From positions 2,124 through 66,123 of the forward strand of contig JAUIAT010000010.1 in assembly GCA_030425295.1 (NCBI GenBank): DNA of 64,000 bases. The letters are read 5' to 3'. A program made the translations under genes and the position numbers. Positions 20,891-31,114 of this stretch are shown piece after piece; within the stretch, counting starts at the first letter, position 1, and each line of letters starts with the position of its first letter. This DNA comes from Gammaproteobacteria bacterium. GTDB taxonomy: Bacteria > Pseudomonadota > Gammaproteobacteria > JAUIAT01. The notes beneath the pieces were generated by a model. The model ran no database searches. It was not told where the DNA came from and saw only the letters and a program-made list of their open reading frames with translations.

Positions 20891-22120
20891 ATGAAGTTGT
20901 TAAAAAGCAAAATGACCGGGGGGATTTTATTAGTTGCCGGTACATCTATTGGTGCTGGTATGCTCGCTCTTCCTATTACAACGGGTGCCGGTGGTTTTTT
21001 TGGAGCTCTTACTCTCTTCTCTATTTGTTTTATTTTTATGATGACAACTTTGTTTCTTTGGCTTGAAGCAAACATGACTTTTAAAGAAATTGATACCAAT
21101 ATGATAACTTTGGCTCGCCATCGTTTGGGGCCTATTGGTGAAATTACTGCTTGGGTCATGTTTTTGATGCTAATGTATGCAGCATCTGCCGCCTATCTAT
21201 CTGGCATGGGATCTCTGCTATCTAAAGTTGTTTCTGGTTCAACACCATTTCATGTAACTGATAATCAGGGTATTGTAGCCGCAACCTTTATATTTGGGTT
21301 GGTTGTTTATTTGGGTGCCTCTTGGGTTGATGGAATTAATCGTATTGCAATGCTTGGTTTGATTAGTACTTATTTAGGTATGAGCTTGTTTATAACACCA
21401 TTTATGAAGCTTAATTATTTTCTAGAGGGTGACTTAAAGTATCTGCCGGCCGCAGTCCCAATTGTAGTTTTGGCATTTATTTCTCATGTGATACTGCCAA
21501 GTTTGAGAGTTTATTGTAATGACAACTTGTCTGATATTAAGAAAATTCTGATATGGGGTAATGTTATAGCCTTTGTTGTTTATATAGTTTGGGAAATGCT
21601 TATTATTGGTGTTATTCCCTTAAGGGGTGATGCTGGCCTAATTCACCTGGGAAGTCAGCCACATCCTGTGTCAGCTCTGACCTATATTCTTCATAAGGAT
21701 TTAGGGTTGTCATGGATAGCTATCACTGTTGGTGCATTCTCATTCTTCGCCTTGCTAAGTTCTTTTTTGGGTGTTGGGTTGGCGTTAACCGACTTTTTAT
21801 CTGATGGCCTGAGTATTAAGAAATCTAAGCTAGGAATGCTTTTCCTTGTATTTATATCATTCAGCTTACCTTTAATGTTCGCGTTGTTTTACCCTTCAGG
21901 TTTTGTTATTGCGTTAAGCTATGCGGGTATATTTGCTGCAGTTTTATACGGTATTTTACCTTTTGCGATGGTCTGGAAATGTCGCAAGGCTGGTATCAAG
22001 AGCAGGTATACTTTGCCTGGTGGTAAGCCTGTATTGTTTATCGTTCTGTTCGGAACATTTGTAATTATTGGTATTCAAGTCGCTTCAAGATTTGGTATGC
22101 TTCCTTTGCTAGGAGGTTAA
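20891..22120 (+). CDS. Aromatic amino acid permease (TyrP/Mtr family)
   Basis: GGILLVAGTSIGAGMLALP and SSFLGV.L.L.DFL.D motifs. Confidence 0.9.
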   Translation: MKLLKSKMTGGILLVAGTSIGAGMLALPITTGAGGFFGALTLFSICFIFMMTTLFLWLEANMTFKEIDTNMITLARHRLGPIGEITAWVMFLMLMYAASAAYLSGMGSLLSKVVSGSTPFHVTDNQGIVAATFIFGLVVYLGASWVDGINRIAMLGLISTYLGMSLFITPFMKLNYFLEGDLKYLPAAVPIVVLAFISHVILPSLRVYCNDNLSDIKKILIWGNVIAFVVYIVWEMLIIGVIPLRGDAGLIHLGSQPHPVSALTYILHKDLGLSWIAITVGAFSFFALLSSFLGVGLALTDFLSDGLSIKKSKLGMLFLVFISFSLPLMFALFYPSGFVIALSYAGIFAAVLYGILPFAMVWKCRKAGIKSRYTLPGGKPVLFIVLFGTFVIIGIQVASRFGMLPLLGG

Positions 22121-22749
22121 ATCGTCTTATCTTTGTACTCGCAAAGATCTTGAATAATGCACTTCGTGCATTGTGGTTTTCTCGCAATGCACGTGTATCT
22201 ACCATGCAAAATCAGCAAATGGTGGGCGTCTTTTAAATGTTCTTTGGGCACAACCTTCATTAGTTTATCTTCAACCTGTCGAACCGTTTTTCCTATGGCG
22301 ACTTTAGTTCTGTTTGATACTCTGAAGATATGAGTATCGACTGCCATAGCATTTTCTCCAAAAGCAGTATTTAAAACAACATTTGCAGTTTTGCGACCCA
22401 CACCTGGCAGTGATTCTAATTCTTTGCGAGTTCTAGGTACTTCACTATTGTGCTTATCCACTAATGCTTTACAAGTTTTGATTATATTTTTAGCTTTAGA
22501 GTTATATAGACCAATGGTTTTGATGTATTTTTTTAATCCTTCTTCGCCTAGTTCATAAATTTTTTCAGGAGTATTGGCTGCAGGGTAGAGCCTTCTTGTG
22601 GCTTTGTTAACACTGACGTCAGTAGCTTGAGCAGAAAGAATCACTGCAATCAATAATTCAAAGTCAGAATTGTATTCAAGCTCTGTTGTCGGTTCGGGAA
22701 TAGCTTCTGCTAATCTGTCAAAAATTTCTTGTCTTTTTTGCTTGTTCAT
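22117..22749 (-). CDS. nth: Endonuclease III
   Basis: LSAQATD, LPGVGRKTANVVL, VDTH and C..RKPQC..C.....C motifs. Confidence 0.97.
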   Translation of the reverse strand: MNKQKRQEIFDRLAEAIPEPTTELEYNSDFELLIAVILSAQATDVSVNKATRRLYPAANTPEKIYELGEEGLKKYIKTIGLYNSKAKNIIKTCKALVDKHNSEVPRTRKELESLPGVGRKTANVVLNTAFGENAMAVDTHIFRVSNRTKVAIGKTVRQVEDKLMKVVPKEHLKDAHHLLILHGRYTCIARKPQCTKCIIQDLCEYKDKTI

Positions 22750-22802
22750 TTTGTTTTTTTTTATGTCTTAAGAAAGTGCTGCATTAATTCTATCATAGCG
22801 CT

Positions 22803-23273
22803 TTAAGGTTTTTTCTTTTGCCTTGCACGTTGAATAGCTGCCATAATTTCAGACTGACGGGCTTGGACAGTTTTAGTTTGTATGCTATTTCCAAGCTTGC
22901 GCTTTTCATGTTGGATTTGTTTTTGTTTTTCTACTTTCTCTAATCGTTTGTTGCGAGCCTCGTATCTATCGCTATATTTTTTAACCAGCTCGATATTCTC
23001 ATTTAATGATCTTGAGGGTAATTCAATCATGTCGATGCAATCCATGGGGCAGGGAGCAACGCAAAGCTCGCAGCCACTGCATTCATCAGACATAACTGTA
23101 TGCATTTTCTTTTTGGAGCCGACAATTGAGTCAATTGGGCAAGCTTTAATGCATTTGGTGCAGCCGATGCATTCATCTTCACGAATTACAGCTCTTAATG
23201 CTGGTTTATTAGTGGATGACTCTAATGCATCCAGGTGTTTTTCAAATTCTGGGTTATTCATTTTTACCTGCAT
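22803..23273 (-). CDS. Short RnfB/RsxB-like 2x[4Fe-4S] ferredoxin
   Basis: [12 protein letters not shown] and [12 protein letters not shown] motifs; lies between metG and nth. Confidence 0.82.
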   Translation of the reverse strand: MQVKMNNPEFEKHLDALESSTNKPALRAVIREDECIGCTKCIKACPIDSIVGSKKKMHTVMSDECSGCELCVAPCPMDCIDMIELPSRSLNENIELVKKYSDRYEARNKRLEKVEKQKQIQHEKRKLGNSIQTKTVQARQSEIMAAIQRARQKKKP

Positions 23274-24903
23274 TAATCATAGCTTCAACTTCTTCATTTT
23301 GTAGTCTGCTTAAAAGAGGTTCGAATTTATTGATTTCATGGTTAGTTAAAGTGTTACCCAAAGTATCCCATTCTAATCTGCTTATATTTAAGAATTTTTC
23401 TGCTTTGCTTGAAAGCTCTGGCAATATGGGGTTTAAGTATGCAGTAAGCACCTTAAACATATTCAAAGCTTGTGTGCATACAAGGTGAGCTAGTTCTTTA
23501 GTTTCATCTTCTTTAGCAAGTTTCCAAGGAGCTTTATCGTTAATATACTGATTTGCAATATCGGCTAATGCCATAATCTCGCGTACTGCGCGATGGTATT
23601 CACGCTCTTCATAATATTTAGCAATTATTTCTGATTTATTCGTGAATTGTTGGAATAATTCTTCATTTTCTAATCTGTAAGCTAATTTGCTATTAAATTT
23701 TTTAGTTATAAACCCGGCACAGCGACTAGCAATATTAACATATTTACCAACTAAGTCAGAGTTAACCCTCATTACAAAATCTTCTAGGTTAAGATCAGAG
23801 TCATCAACACTGTTACCAAGTTTAGCTGCTAAGTAATATCTATAATATTCAGGATTAAGATGATCGAGGTAGCGACGAGCTTCAATGAAAGTGCCACGAG
23901 ACTTTGACATCTTCTGCCCATTTACAGTTAAAAAGCCGTGCACATAAATCGAAGTAGGAGTTCTAAAATTCGCGCTCTTTAACATTGCAGGCCAGAATAG
24001 AGCATGGAAATACATGATGTCTTTACCTATAAAGTGATAAAGTTCTGCAGCAGAATCAGCTTTCCAGTATTCATCAAAGTCAACATCATCTCGTTTTGAA
24101 GATAAGTTTTTTAGACTTGCCATATAGCCAACAGGGGCATCTAACCATACATAAAAATATTTGCCTGGATGCCCTGGTATCTCAAATCCAAAATATGGCT
24201 TATCTCGAGAAATATCCCATTGTTGCAAGCCTTGTTCAAACCATTCATTAAGCTTATTAGCAACCTCTGGTTGCAGGGTTCCATCGCTCATCCATTTCTT
24301 TAAGAAGTCAGAATATTTATCTAATTTAAAGAAGAAATGAGCTGACTTTTTATAAACTGGGGTTGCGCCTGAAACGGTTGAAATAGGATTTACAATTTCA
24401 TTGGTGTTGTAATGTGAGCCGCAAACTTCGCAATTATCTCCATATTGATCTTCGGCGCCACATTTAGGGCAAGTGCCTTTTACATAACGATCAGGTAGGA
24501 ACATTTCTTTGACAGGGTCATAAGCTTGTTCTATTTCTCTAACTTCGATATCATTATTGGCCTCAAGACGCTTATATATCTCAGCTGTAAGTTCTTTGTT
24601 TTCTTCGGAGTGAGTGGTGTGGTAGTTATCAAATTTAATAAAAAAATCACTGAAATCATTTAATCTTTCTTGATGAATACTCTTGATTAACTCTTCTGGA
24701 GAAACCCCAAGTTCTTCCGCTTTAAGCATGATTGGTGTTCCGTGAGCATCATCACCGCAGATAAACAGACAATCGTGACCACGCATTTTTTGAAATCTTA
24801 CCCAGATGTCTGCCTGAATATGCTCAACCATATGGCCAAGATGGGTTGACCCATTTGCATATGGAAGCGCTGTTGTAACTAGGATTTTTCGTTTATCTGC
24901 CAT
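23254..24903 (-). CDS. metG: Methionine--tRNA ligase (no C-terminal OB domain)
   Basis: ALPYANG..HLGH, zinc knuckle, YVWLDA and KMSKS motifs. Confidence 0.97.
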   Translation of the reverse strand: MADKRKILVTTALPYANGSTHLGHMVEHIQADIWVRFQKMRGHDCLFICGDDAHGTPIMLKAEELGVSPEELIKSIHQERLNDFSDFFIKFDNYHTTHSEENKELTAEIYKRLEANNDIEVREIEQAYDPVKEMFLPDRYVKGTCPKCGAEDQYGDNCEVCGSHYNTNEIVNPISTVSGATPVYKKSAHFFFKLDKYSDFLKKWMSDGTLQPEVANKLNEWFEQGLQQWDISRDKPYFGFEIPGHPGKYFYVWLDAPVGYMASLKNLSSKRDDVDFDEYWKADSAAELYHFIGKDIMYFHALFWPAMLKSANFRTPTSIYVHGFLTVNGQKMSKSRGTFIEARRYLDHLNPEYYRYYLAAKLGNSVDDSDLNLEDFVMRVNSDLVGKYVNIASRCAGFITKKFNSKLAYRLENEELFQQFTNKSEIIAKYYEEREYHRAVREIMALADIANQYINDKAPWKLAKEDETKELAHLVCTQALNMFKVLTAYLNPILPELSSKAEKFLNISRLEWDTLGNTLTNHEINKFEPLLSRLQNEEVEAMINAGKNE

Positions 24904-25016
24904 CTATTTTTCCATGCGAATATAATAATATGCAGATATGTTATTTTATTTATTGTTTTTGTTCAAGAATTGGCGTTTATTGGTCTTGCGACATATTTAG
25001 TAGTGCATGCATACCT

Positions 25017-25089
25017 TGGAGTCTGTTGACAATTGGCCTTATAGCTGGAAATTTCTATAATTTGTAAAAATTAACCCTTTAATAAGTTA
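25017..25089. mobile_element. MITE family A, truncated copy
   Basis: gtctgttgacaattggcc...aatttctataatttgtaaaaattaaccctttaat matches the left part of other copies. Confidence 0.62.
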
Positions 25090-25248
25090 TTTATTCTTGT
25101 TTATGTAATCTTTTGCTTTGTACCAAATTGCACCTCCCGATACATTGCTTACTTCTTCTTTAGTTAGATTTTTCTCTTGCTCCTGGCCTGATTTTTCTTT
25201 GAAGGTTTTTTTGTTTTTACTATGTGATTTTAAGTTTTTCTTTTTCAT
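25087..25248 (-). CDS. 53-aa peptide with double-glycine-type leader (not in ORF track)
   Basis: Hand translation MKKKNLKSHSKNKKTFKEKSGQEQEKNLTKEEVSNVSGG-AIWYKAKDYINKNK; AAGGA about 10 nt upstream of the ATG. Confidence 0.6.
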   Translation of the reverse strand: MKKKNLKSHSKNKKTFKEKSGQEQEKNLTKEEVSNVSGGAIWYKAKDYINKNK

Positions 25249-25459
25249 TTAATTAATTTCCTTTTTTTTGTTTCTACCTTTATAGAATTATAGATCATAA
25301 AATTTATTTTTCTTGTTAGGTGTTTTGTCGTTATTTACCTGTAATACAAAATTTTGTTTGAGTTTTTTTAGGTGATTGGTATTGTTGATGTGTTCTGGTA
25401 GTGCAATAATTAGTTAAATTTGATAATATTTGTGAAATTTATCAAATCGGTATTTGTGA

Positions 25460-26308
25460 ATGTTGGTAGAACCTAAGAAAGTCCAAGGTAACCTGCGTGG
25501 GTTACCTAATATTAAAAATATAATAGTTATTGCTTCTGCTAAAGGTGGTGTTGGTAAATCAACAACTGCAGCTAATTTTGCGTTAAGCCTAAAAGCTAAG
25601 GGGTATTCGGTGGGGCTTTTGGATGCTGATATTTATGGCCCAAATCAACCAAATATTTTTGGTGTGCAAGATTCTGAGCCTCACGTGGATGAAAATAAAA
25701 AACTACTACCTGTTATTGCTCATGGCATTCCGTTAATGTCTATTGGTTTTCTTTATGGAGCCAAAAAAGCTGTAGTGTGGCGTGGTCCTATGATTAGTAA
25801 AGCAATGGAACAGTTGATTCATGATACCAAATGGGGTGAGCTAGATTTTTTAGTTATTGATATGCCACCTGGAACTGGTGATATTCCCTTGACGCTCGCA
25901 TCTAAAATTCCAGTTTGTGGTGCAGTTATTGTTTCAACACCACAAGACTTAGCTGTGCTTGATGCGCAGAAGAGTGTACAAATGTTTGAAAAAATGGGAA
26001 TCCATGTCTTTGGTGCTATTTGCAATATGAGCGTCTATCATTGCTCTTCATGTGGGGCTGAAGAAAGAATATTTGGCTCGCAATCTATTTCAGAATTAGA
26101 AGCTGAGCTTGGCACCAAAATAGTTGGTGAAATGCCGTTGTCAATTAAGCTCAGAAAACATACAGATCTTGGTAATCCGATCATAATTGCTGACCCTGAG
26201 AGTGAAGAATCTCGTGCCTATCACAATGCAGTAAAATCAGTAATGGAAGGCCTTTCTAGGTTGCCCAAAGACCTAAATCGCAAGCTGCCCCCGGTTGTTG
26301 TTGCCTAA
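25460..26308 (+). CDS. mrp: Fe-S cluster carrier ATPase Mrp/ApbC
   Basis: KGGVGKST, DADIYGP, WRGPM, DMPPGTGD and CxxC motifs; divergent from metG. Confidence 0.93.
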   Translation: MLVEPKKVQGNLRGLPNIKNIIVIASAKGGVGKSTTAANFALSLKAKGYSVGLLDADIYGPNQPNIFGVQDSEPHVDENKKLLPVIAHGIPLMSIGFLYGAKKAVVWRGPMISKAMEQLIHDTKWGELDFLVIDMPPGTGDIPLTLASKIPVCGAVIVSTPQDLAVLDAQKSVQMFEKMGIHVFGAICNMSVYHCSSCGAEERIFGSQSISELEAELGTKIVGEMPLSIKLRKHTDLGNPIIIADPESEESRAYHNAVKSVMEGLSRLPKDLNRKLPPVVVA

Positions 26309-26359
26309 AAAGTGTCTATAATTAGGGTAATACTTATCGGTTATTAGAAGGATTCTAGT

Positions 26360-27736
26360 ATGTTGGCCGAGCTAATTAAAGGTCTATTACCCTGGTTGTT
26401 ATACTTTTTTCTATCCGATCCTGACGTTACATATTTAGGCATTAGTTTTGCTCTTGCCGCCACTTTATTGGTAACTATTCCACATCTCAAAAGAGGGGTT
26501 GTTCTTGATTGGGGAACTGTTGTTTTCTTCTTTAGTTTAGGTGCTGTATCAGTTTTTAGTGGTGATTATTGGGTTGAAAAGTATGGTGTGTTGGCAGCAA
26601 ATTCTGCTCTCTCACTAATTGCATTAATATCAATTATGATAAAAAGGCCTTTTACTTGGGAGTACAGCAGGTCTTACCAAAATATCTCTTATTCTAATAG
26701 TCTTATACATATACAAATCCATACTAAAGTAACTCTTGCTTGGGCTATTGTGTTTGTTGTGAGCTCGATTATCCATGCTATATATTTAGATCATATTGGC
26801 ACTTTCTATTTAATGAACGAGGTTTTGCCGGCAGCCTTAATTTTTTTTGGAATGATTTTTACAACAATCTACCCTGGGTATGCAGAGAGAAAAATTCGCA
26901 AACAGGGGGTTGCTGGGCTTAATAATATATCTGACCTTTGTTATGTGGAAATAGAAGGGGGAAGGGCTGGATTTAGGTCTGTCGGTAAAGGGTTTCCAAT
27001 TATTATGCTGCCAGATGCTAATATGACTATGCATCAGTGGGATCCTGCGTTAATTTCTGAACTAAGTTCTGATAATCAAGTATATTTACTTGATTACCCT
27101 GGAGTGGGTGAGGCTGATTTTAAAGTTGATAATATTAATGACTTGGCTGTATATGTATCAAGTTTTGCTGCAACTGTTATTGATGGCAAATATGCTGTGG
27201 TTGGGCTTGGCTTTGGTGGCTGGGTGGCACAATCTCTTGCTATAAGTAACCCAGGCTCGGTTGCAAGAATTGCTTTAATAAATTCTGATTGCGGTGGTAA
27301 TGAGTCAGTTAAGCCTGAAGCTGCGCATATTGGTGAGTCTCTTTTAGTTAAAGATTTTTTTGAGATGCAGAAGGATCTTTTATTTTCAGACAAAGTTGAT
27401 AAGAATGCCGTACTGTCCTTTTTGAAGGTTGGTTCGGCTGCATCTCTTGAGCCTAGCGCATCCGATAAGTTTGTGTTTTCTCAAAATAAACTTATAGCTG
27501 AGTGGTATGAAAATGGTAGTTTTAGCCAGCTTAGAGATGTTCGGCAACCATCACTTATTATTTTTGGAGGGCAAGATAGGCTTATACCACCTGAAAACTC
27601 ACGCCTTTTAGAAAAAGAAATGCCAAACGCTATTGTCGTGTCTTACCCTGAGTCAGGACATGGTGTTATTTATCAGCAGCCTTATGAGCTAGCTTCTAAT
27701 GTTAAAGGATTTTTTGCAGCACTTTCTGATTATTAA
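26360..27736 (+). CDS. Multi-pass membrane domain fused to alpha/beta-hydrolase fold (nucleophile Ser absent)
   Basis: About 6 hydrophobic helices, then DYPGVG, GLGFGG, G.QDRLIP and SGHG. Confidence 0.75.
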   Translation: MLAELIKGLLPWLLYFFLSDPDVTYLGISFALAATLLVTIPHLKRGVVLDWGTVVFFFSLGAVSVFSGDYWVEKYGVLAANSALSLIALISIMIKRPFTWEYSRSYQNISYSNSLIHIQIHTKVTLAWAIVFVVSSIIHAIYLDHIGTFYLMNEVLPAALIFFGMIFTTIYPGYAERKIRKQGVAGLNNISDLCYVEIEGGRAGFRSVGKGFPIIMLPDANMTMHQWDPALISELSSDNQVYLLDYPGVGEADFKVDNINDLAVYVSSFAATVIDGKYAVVGLGFGGWVAQSLAISNPGSVARIALINSDCGGNESVKPEAAHIGESLLVKDFFEMQKDLLFSDKVDKNAVLSFLKVGSAASLEPSASDKFVFSQNKLIAEWYENGSFSQLRDVRQPSLIIFGGQDRLIPPENSRLLEKEMPNAIVVSYPESGHGVIYQQPYELASNVKGFFAALSDY

Positions 27737-27775
27737 GTTTTTTATGGCTGCTTAAGCGGCGTATGTTAGAGGGTA

Positions 27776-27970
27776 TTATACTACTCTTCCCTCCCACTTC
27801 CCGCATTTTTTACACTGATATAATTCGTACTCAACTTTATGCCTTCTTGATACCGATCTTTTGAGAACCATTTCGTGAACACTACACGCTCCTTCTTTTT
27901 TATTCCCACCTATTACCTGCTCAGTGATCGATTCGTCAAGTAGCTTCTTTGATATGTTTTTCTTTCTCAT
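27776..27970 (-). CDS. 64-aa peptide with double-glycine-like leader and CxxH/CxxC core
   Basis: MRKKN...LDESITEQVIGG then CSVH...CKKC; GAGG upstream. Confidence 0.6.
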   Translation of the reverse strand: MRKKNISKKLLDESITEQVIGGNKKEGACSVHEMVLKRSVSRRHKVEYELYQCKKCGKWEGRVV

Positions 27971-28209
27971 AAAGCCTCGCTAGCTTTTTTTAAGTTAAGT
28001 ACTTGTATTATGTTAAATTCCATACATAAATAAATTATATGACAAAAAATAATGCTTTTCCTGCTTATGCGACGCAACTGTTATATCTCAGTGAAAGCAT
28101 AGCCAAAACTTTTGCTAATTGCTTTTGTGGTGAAAATATTAAACATAATTAAAATATATTCTAGTTTGTTCTTGACACTAATTTCTTGCGGATTATAATG
28201 GAGCGAGTT

Positions 28210-28286
28210 CGGGGCATAGCGCAGTCTGGTAGCGCATCTGCTTTGGGAGCAGAGGGTCGGGGGTTCAAATCCCTCTGCCCCGACCA
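28210..28286 (+). tRNA. tRNA-Pro(TGG)
   Basis: Cloverleaf; anticodon arm tctgc-tt-TGG-ga-gcaga; GTTCAAAT; CCA end. Confidence 0.97.
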
Positions 28287-28425
28287 ATACTATTTAAATC
28301 TTTTTTCATATTTGTTTTGTCGCTAAATAGATATATGATTCTAAAGGTAAGTTAAATTAGTTTAGAATTTGCTGGTTCAAGAGAAAGCTCAACTTGAACT
28401 AGTAGAGTCCTAAGGTAATTTAAAA

Positions 28426-28502
28426 GCGCCCGTAGCTCAACCGGATAGAGCACCGGCCTTCTAAGCCGGGGGTTGTAGGTTCGAGTCCTACCGGGCGCGC
28501 CA
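28426..28502 (+). tRNA. tRNA-Arg(TCT)
   Basis: Anticodon arm ccggc-ct-TCT-aa-gccgg; GTTCGAGT; CCA end. Confidence 0.97.
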
Positions 28503-28515
28503 TTTTTTAGTTCGT

Positions 28516-28591
28516 GGTGGACGTAGCTCAGTGGTAGAGCACTGGATTGTGGCTTCAGCGGTCGTGGGTTCGACCCCCATCGTCCACCCCA
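28516..28591 (+). tRNA. tRNA-His(GTG)
   Basis: G-1 plus GTGGACG/CGTCCAC acceptor stem; anticodon GTG; CCA end. Confidence 0.96.
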
Positions 28592-28664
28592 TTTTTTTCT
28601 TGTTCACAAAATTTTCTTTGCAAGTTATTATTGGATTATCTTATTCGCATAAAAGGATCTGTTT

Positions 28665-30170
28665 GTGAGCGAAGGAATTTGTAGTCATCTAAAGCTTAAA
28701 GCTCTTGGTATTGATACTTTTAAAGAACATACTATATTTCTGCCGAAACATTGTTCTATATGTATAGCTCAGGGATTTGATGTTCCTTCTCGTGTTCTTG
28801 TAAGGTTGAGCGATAAGGAAATTCTCGCAACCTTAAACATCATTGATGATGATCTTCTAAAAAATGGTGAGGCATCTTTGTCTGTAAGGGCCTGGAAACT
28901 TCTTGGTGCCAAAGAAAACCAAATTATTTCCATATCTCACCCACCTCCATTACCATCACTAAGTCATGTTAGGTCAAAAGTTTATGGTCATCATTTAAGT
29001 TCTGAAGCAATTAAGAGCGTTATAGCGGACATTGCAGCTGAAAGATATACAGATATCTATACCGCCACTTTTTTAGCTGCTTGTGCTGGTGGCAGATTAA
29101 CCGATGGAGAAATAATTGATCTCACCAAGTCTATGGTTGACGTTGGGGATAAGTTAATCTGGGATAATGAGGTTGTAGTAGATAAACATTGTATTGGTGG
29201 TCTGCCAGGTAATCGAGTTACACCGATTGTTGTGCCAATTATTGCATCTTTTGGAATGCTTATACCTAAGACCTCGTCTAGAGCCATTACTTCACCCGCT
29301 GGAACAGCAGATGTGATGGAGGTTTTGGCTCCAGTAGATTTGACAATTGAACAAATGAAAAAAGTTGTTAATAAAGAAGGTGGCTGTATAGTTTGGGGTG
29401 GGGCAGTTAATATGAGCCCAGCTGATGACATTATGATTCGTATTGAGCGAGCAATGGATTTCGATAGTGAGGGGCAATTAATTGCATCCGTGCTGTCTAA
29501 GAAGATTGCTGCAGGCTCTACTCATATTGTTATTGATATTCCAGTAGGTGAAACAGCTAAGGTTAGAAGTAGAGCTTCTGCCAAGATTTTGGAAAATTTA
29601 TTTTATAAAGTTGCTCATGAATTAGGATTAACTTTAACTGTTATTAAATCTGATGGGGTGCAGCCCGTTGGTAGAGGTATAGGCCCCAGCTTAGAGGCCT
29701 TGGATGTTATCTCTGTATTACAAAATGCAGATGATGCCCCTTTAGATTTAAAGCAAAGAGCTATTATGGTTGCTGGCGCAATTCTTGAGTTCTCAAAAGA
29801 TATTAATAAAGGTGAAGGTGAGCTTTATGCTAAACACATTCTAGAAAGTGGAGAAGCTTGGAATAAGTTTCAAGCTATTTGCAATGCTCAAGGTGGTATG
29901 AGGCAGCCGCTAAAAGCTAAGCATATTCATGTGTTATGCGCTAGCAGAAAAGGTGTTGTGAAAAAGATTGATAATCGCTATCTATCAAGGCTTGCTAAAC
30001 TTGCTGGAGCTCCGCATGATAAAGCTGCTGGTGTGCTGTTGAATGTCAAGCTGGGTGAGATGGTTGACAAAGGTCAGCAAATTCTTGAGATTCATGCTGA
30101 GTCTAAAGGTATCCTTAAGTATGCGGTGTCTTTTCTAAAGCAATATTCAGAAATAATTACAGTAGAGTAA
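28665..30170 (+). CDS. AMP phosphorylase / long thymidine phosphorylase family
   Basis: N-terminal extension, DKHCIGGLPGNR, PKTSSRAITSPAGTAD and SVLSKKIAAG motifs. Confidence 0.9.
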   Translation: MSEGICSHLKLKALGIDTFKEHTIFLPKHCSICIAQGFDVPSRVLVRLSDKEILATLNIIDDDLLKNGEASLSVRAWKLLGAKENQIISISHPPPLPSLSHVRSKVYGHHLSSEAIKSVIADIAAERYTDIYTATFLAACAGGRLTDGEIIDLTKSMVDVGDKLIWDNEVVVDKHCIGGLPGNRVTPIVVPIIASFGMLIPKTSSRAITSPAGTADVMEVLAPVDLTIEQMKKVVNKEGGCIVWGGAVNMSPADDIMIRIERAMDFDSEGQLIASVLSKKIAAGSTHIVIDIPVGETAKVRSRASAKILENLFYKVAHELGLTLTVIKSDGVQPVGRGIGPSLEALDVISVLQNADDAPLDLKQRAIMVAGAILEFSKDINKGEGELYAKHILESGEAWNKFQAICNAQGGMRQPLKAKHIHVLCASRKGVVKKIDNRYLSRLAKLAGAPHDKAAGVLLNVKLGEMVDKGQQILEIHAESKGILKYAVSFLKQYSEIITVE

Positions 30171-30175
30171 GTCAG

Positions 30176-31060
30176 ATGAAACCAATTATTATATCTATAT
30201 ACAGTGAGGGTCTTGTCCCAAAGCTTCTTGCTGATGACCTTAATTGTGATCATGGTTTTATTGATTCAAGGATATTCCCAGATGGGGAGTCATATATAAA
30301 GTTTAACGATGATCTTGAGGGCAGAGATGTTATTATTCTTTGCAGTTTAGATCACCCTAACCCAAAAATCCTGCCATTACTATTTGTAGCTAAAACAGCT
30401 AAGTCTCTTGGTGCATCTAAAGTGGGGCTATGCTCTCCATACCTTGCGTATATGAGACAAGATAAGGTTTTTCACAGAGGGGAGGGCGTGACTGCTGCCT
30501 ATTTTGCTGATTTAATTTCTGATTATTTTGATTGGGTTGTTACTGTGGATCCCCATTTGCATAGAATTCATAATTTGTCTGACATTTACTCTATTCCTTC
30601 AAAAGTTTTGCATGCGGCGAAACCTGTATCTGATTGGGTTACCAAAAATGTTGAAAATCCTGTTTTGATTGGCCCTGATATTGAAAGTGAGCAGTGGGTT
30701 AAAGAAGTTGCTAAACTTTGCAGCTCCCCCTTTACTGTGCTGCACAAAGTTAGGTATGGTGATCGAGATGTTAAAGTATCACTTCCTAATGCAGAAAGTT
30801 TATCTGGTAAAACACCAGTGCTTATTGATGATATTATTTCAACGGCAAAAACTATGATAGAGACAGTAAGTCATTTGAAAAATTTTGGCCTAGAAAAAGC
30901 AGTTTGTATTGGTGTGCACCCTATCTTTTCTGGGGATTCCTATAACGCCCTAAAGTCGTCATGGGTTAGGCAGATAGTTTCTTGCAATACCATACGTCAT
31001 GAGACCAATGCTATTGATATTAGAAAATTAATTGTCAGTGCTATTGGTCAGTTAATTTGA
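30176..31060 (+). CDS. Ribose-phosphate pyrophosphokinase-family protein
   Basis: FPDGE, PYLAYMRQD, VDPH, IGPD and IDDIIST motifs. Confidence 0.9.
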   Translation: MKPIIISIYSEGLVPKLLADDLNCDHGFIDSRIFPDGESYIKFNDDLEGRDVIILCSLDHPNPKILPLLFVAKTAKSLGASKVGLCSPYLAYMRQDKVFHRGEGVTAAYFADLISDYFDWVVTVDPHLHRIHNLSDIYSIPSKVLHAAKPVSDWVTKNVENPVLIGPDIESEQWVKEVAKLCSSPFTVLHKVRYGDRDVKVSLPNAESLSGKTPVLIDDIISTAKTMIETVSHLKNFGLEKAVCIGVHPIFSGDSYNALKSSWVRQIVSCNTIRHETNAIDIRKLIVSAIGQLI

Positions 31061-31114
31061 TCTGAGGTGACTTATTTTTTACAATAATTTGTATGTTGCT
31101 TTTTATGGCAAGGG

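Noticed and set aside
28081-28287. 68-aa minus-strand ORF MVGAEGFEPPT
   Set aside because: Antisense translation of tRNA-Pro.
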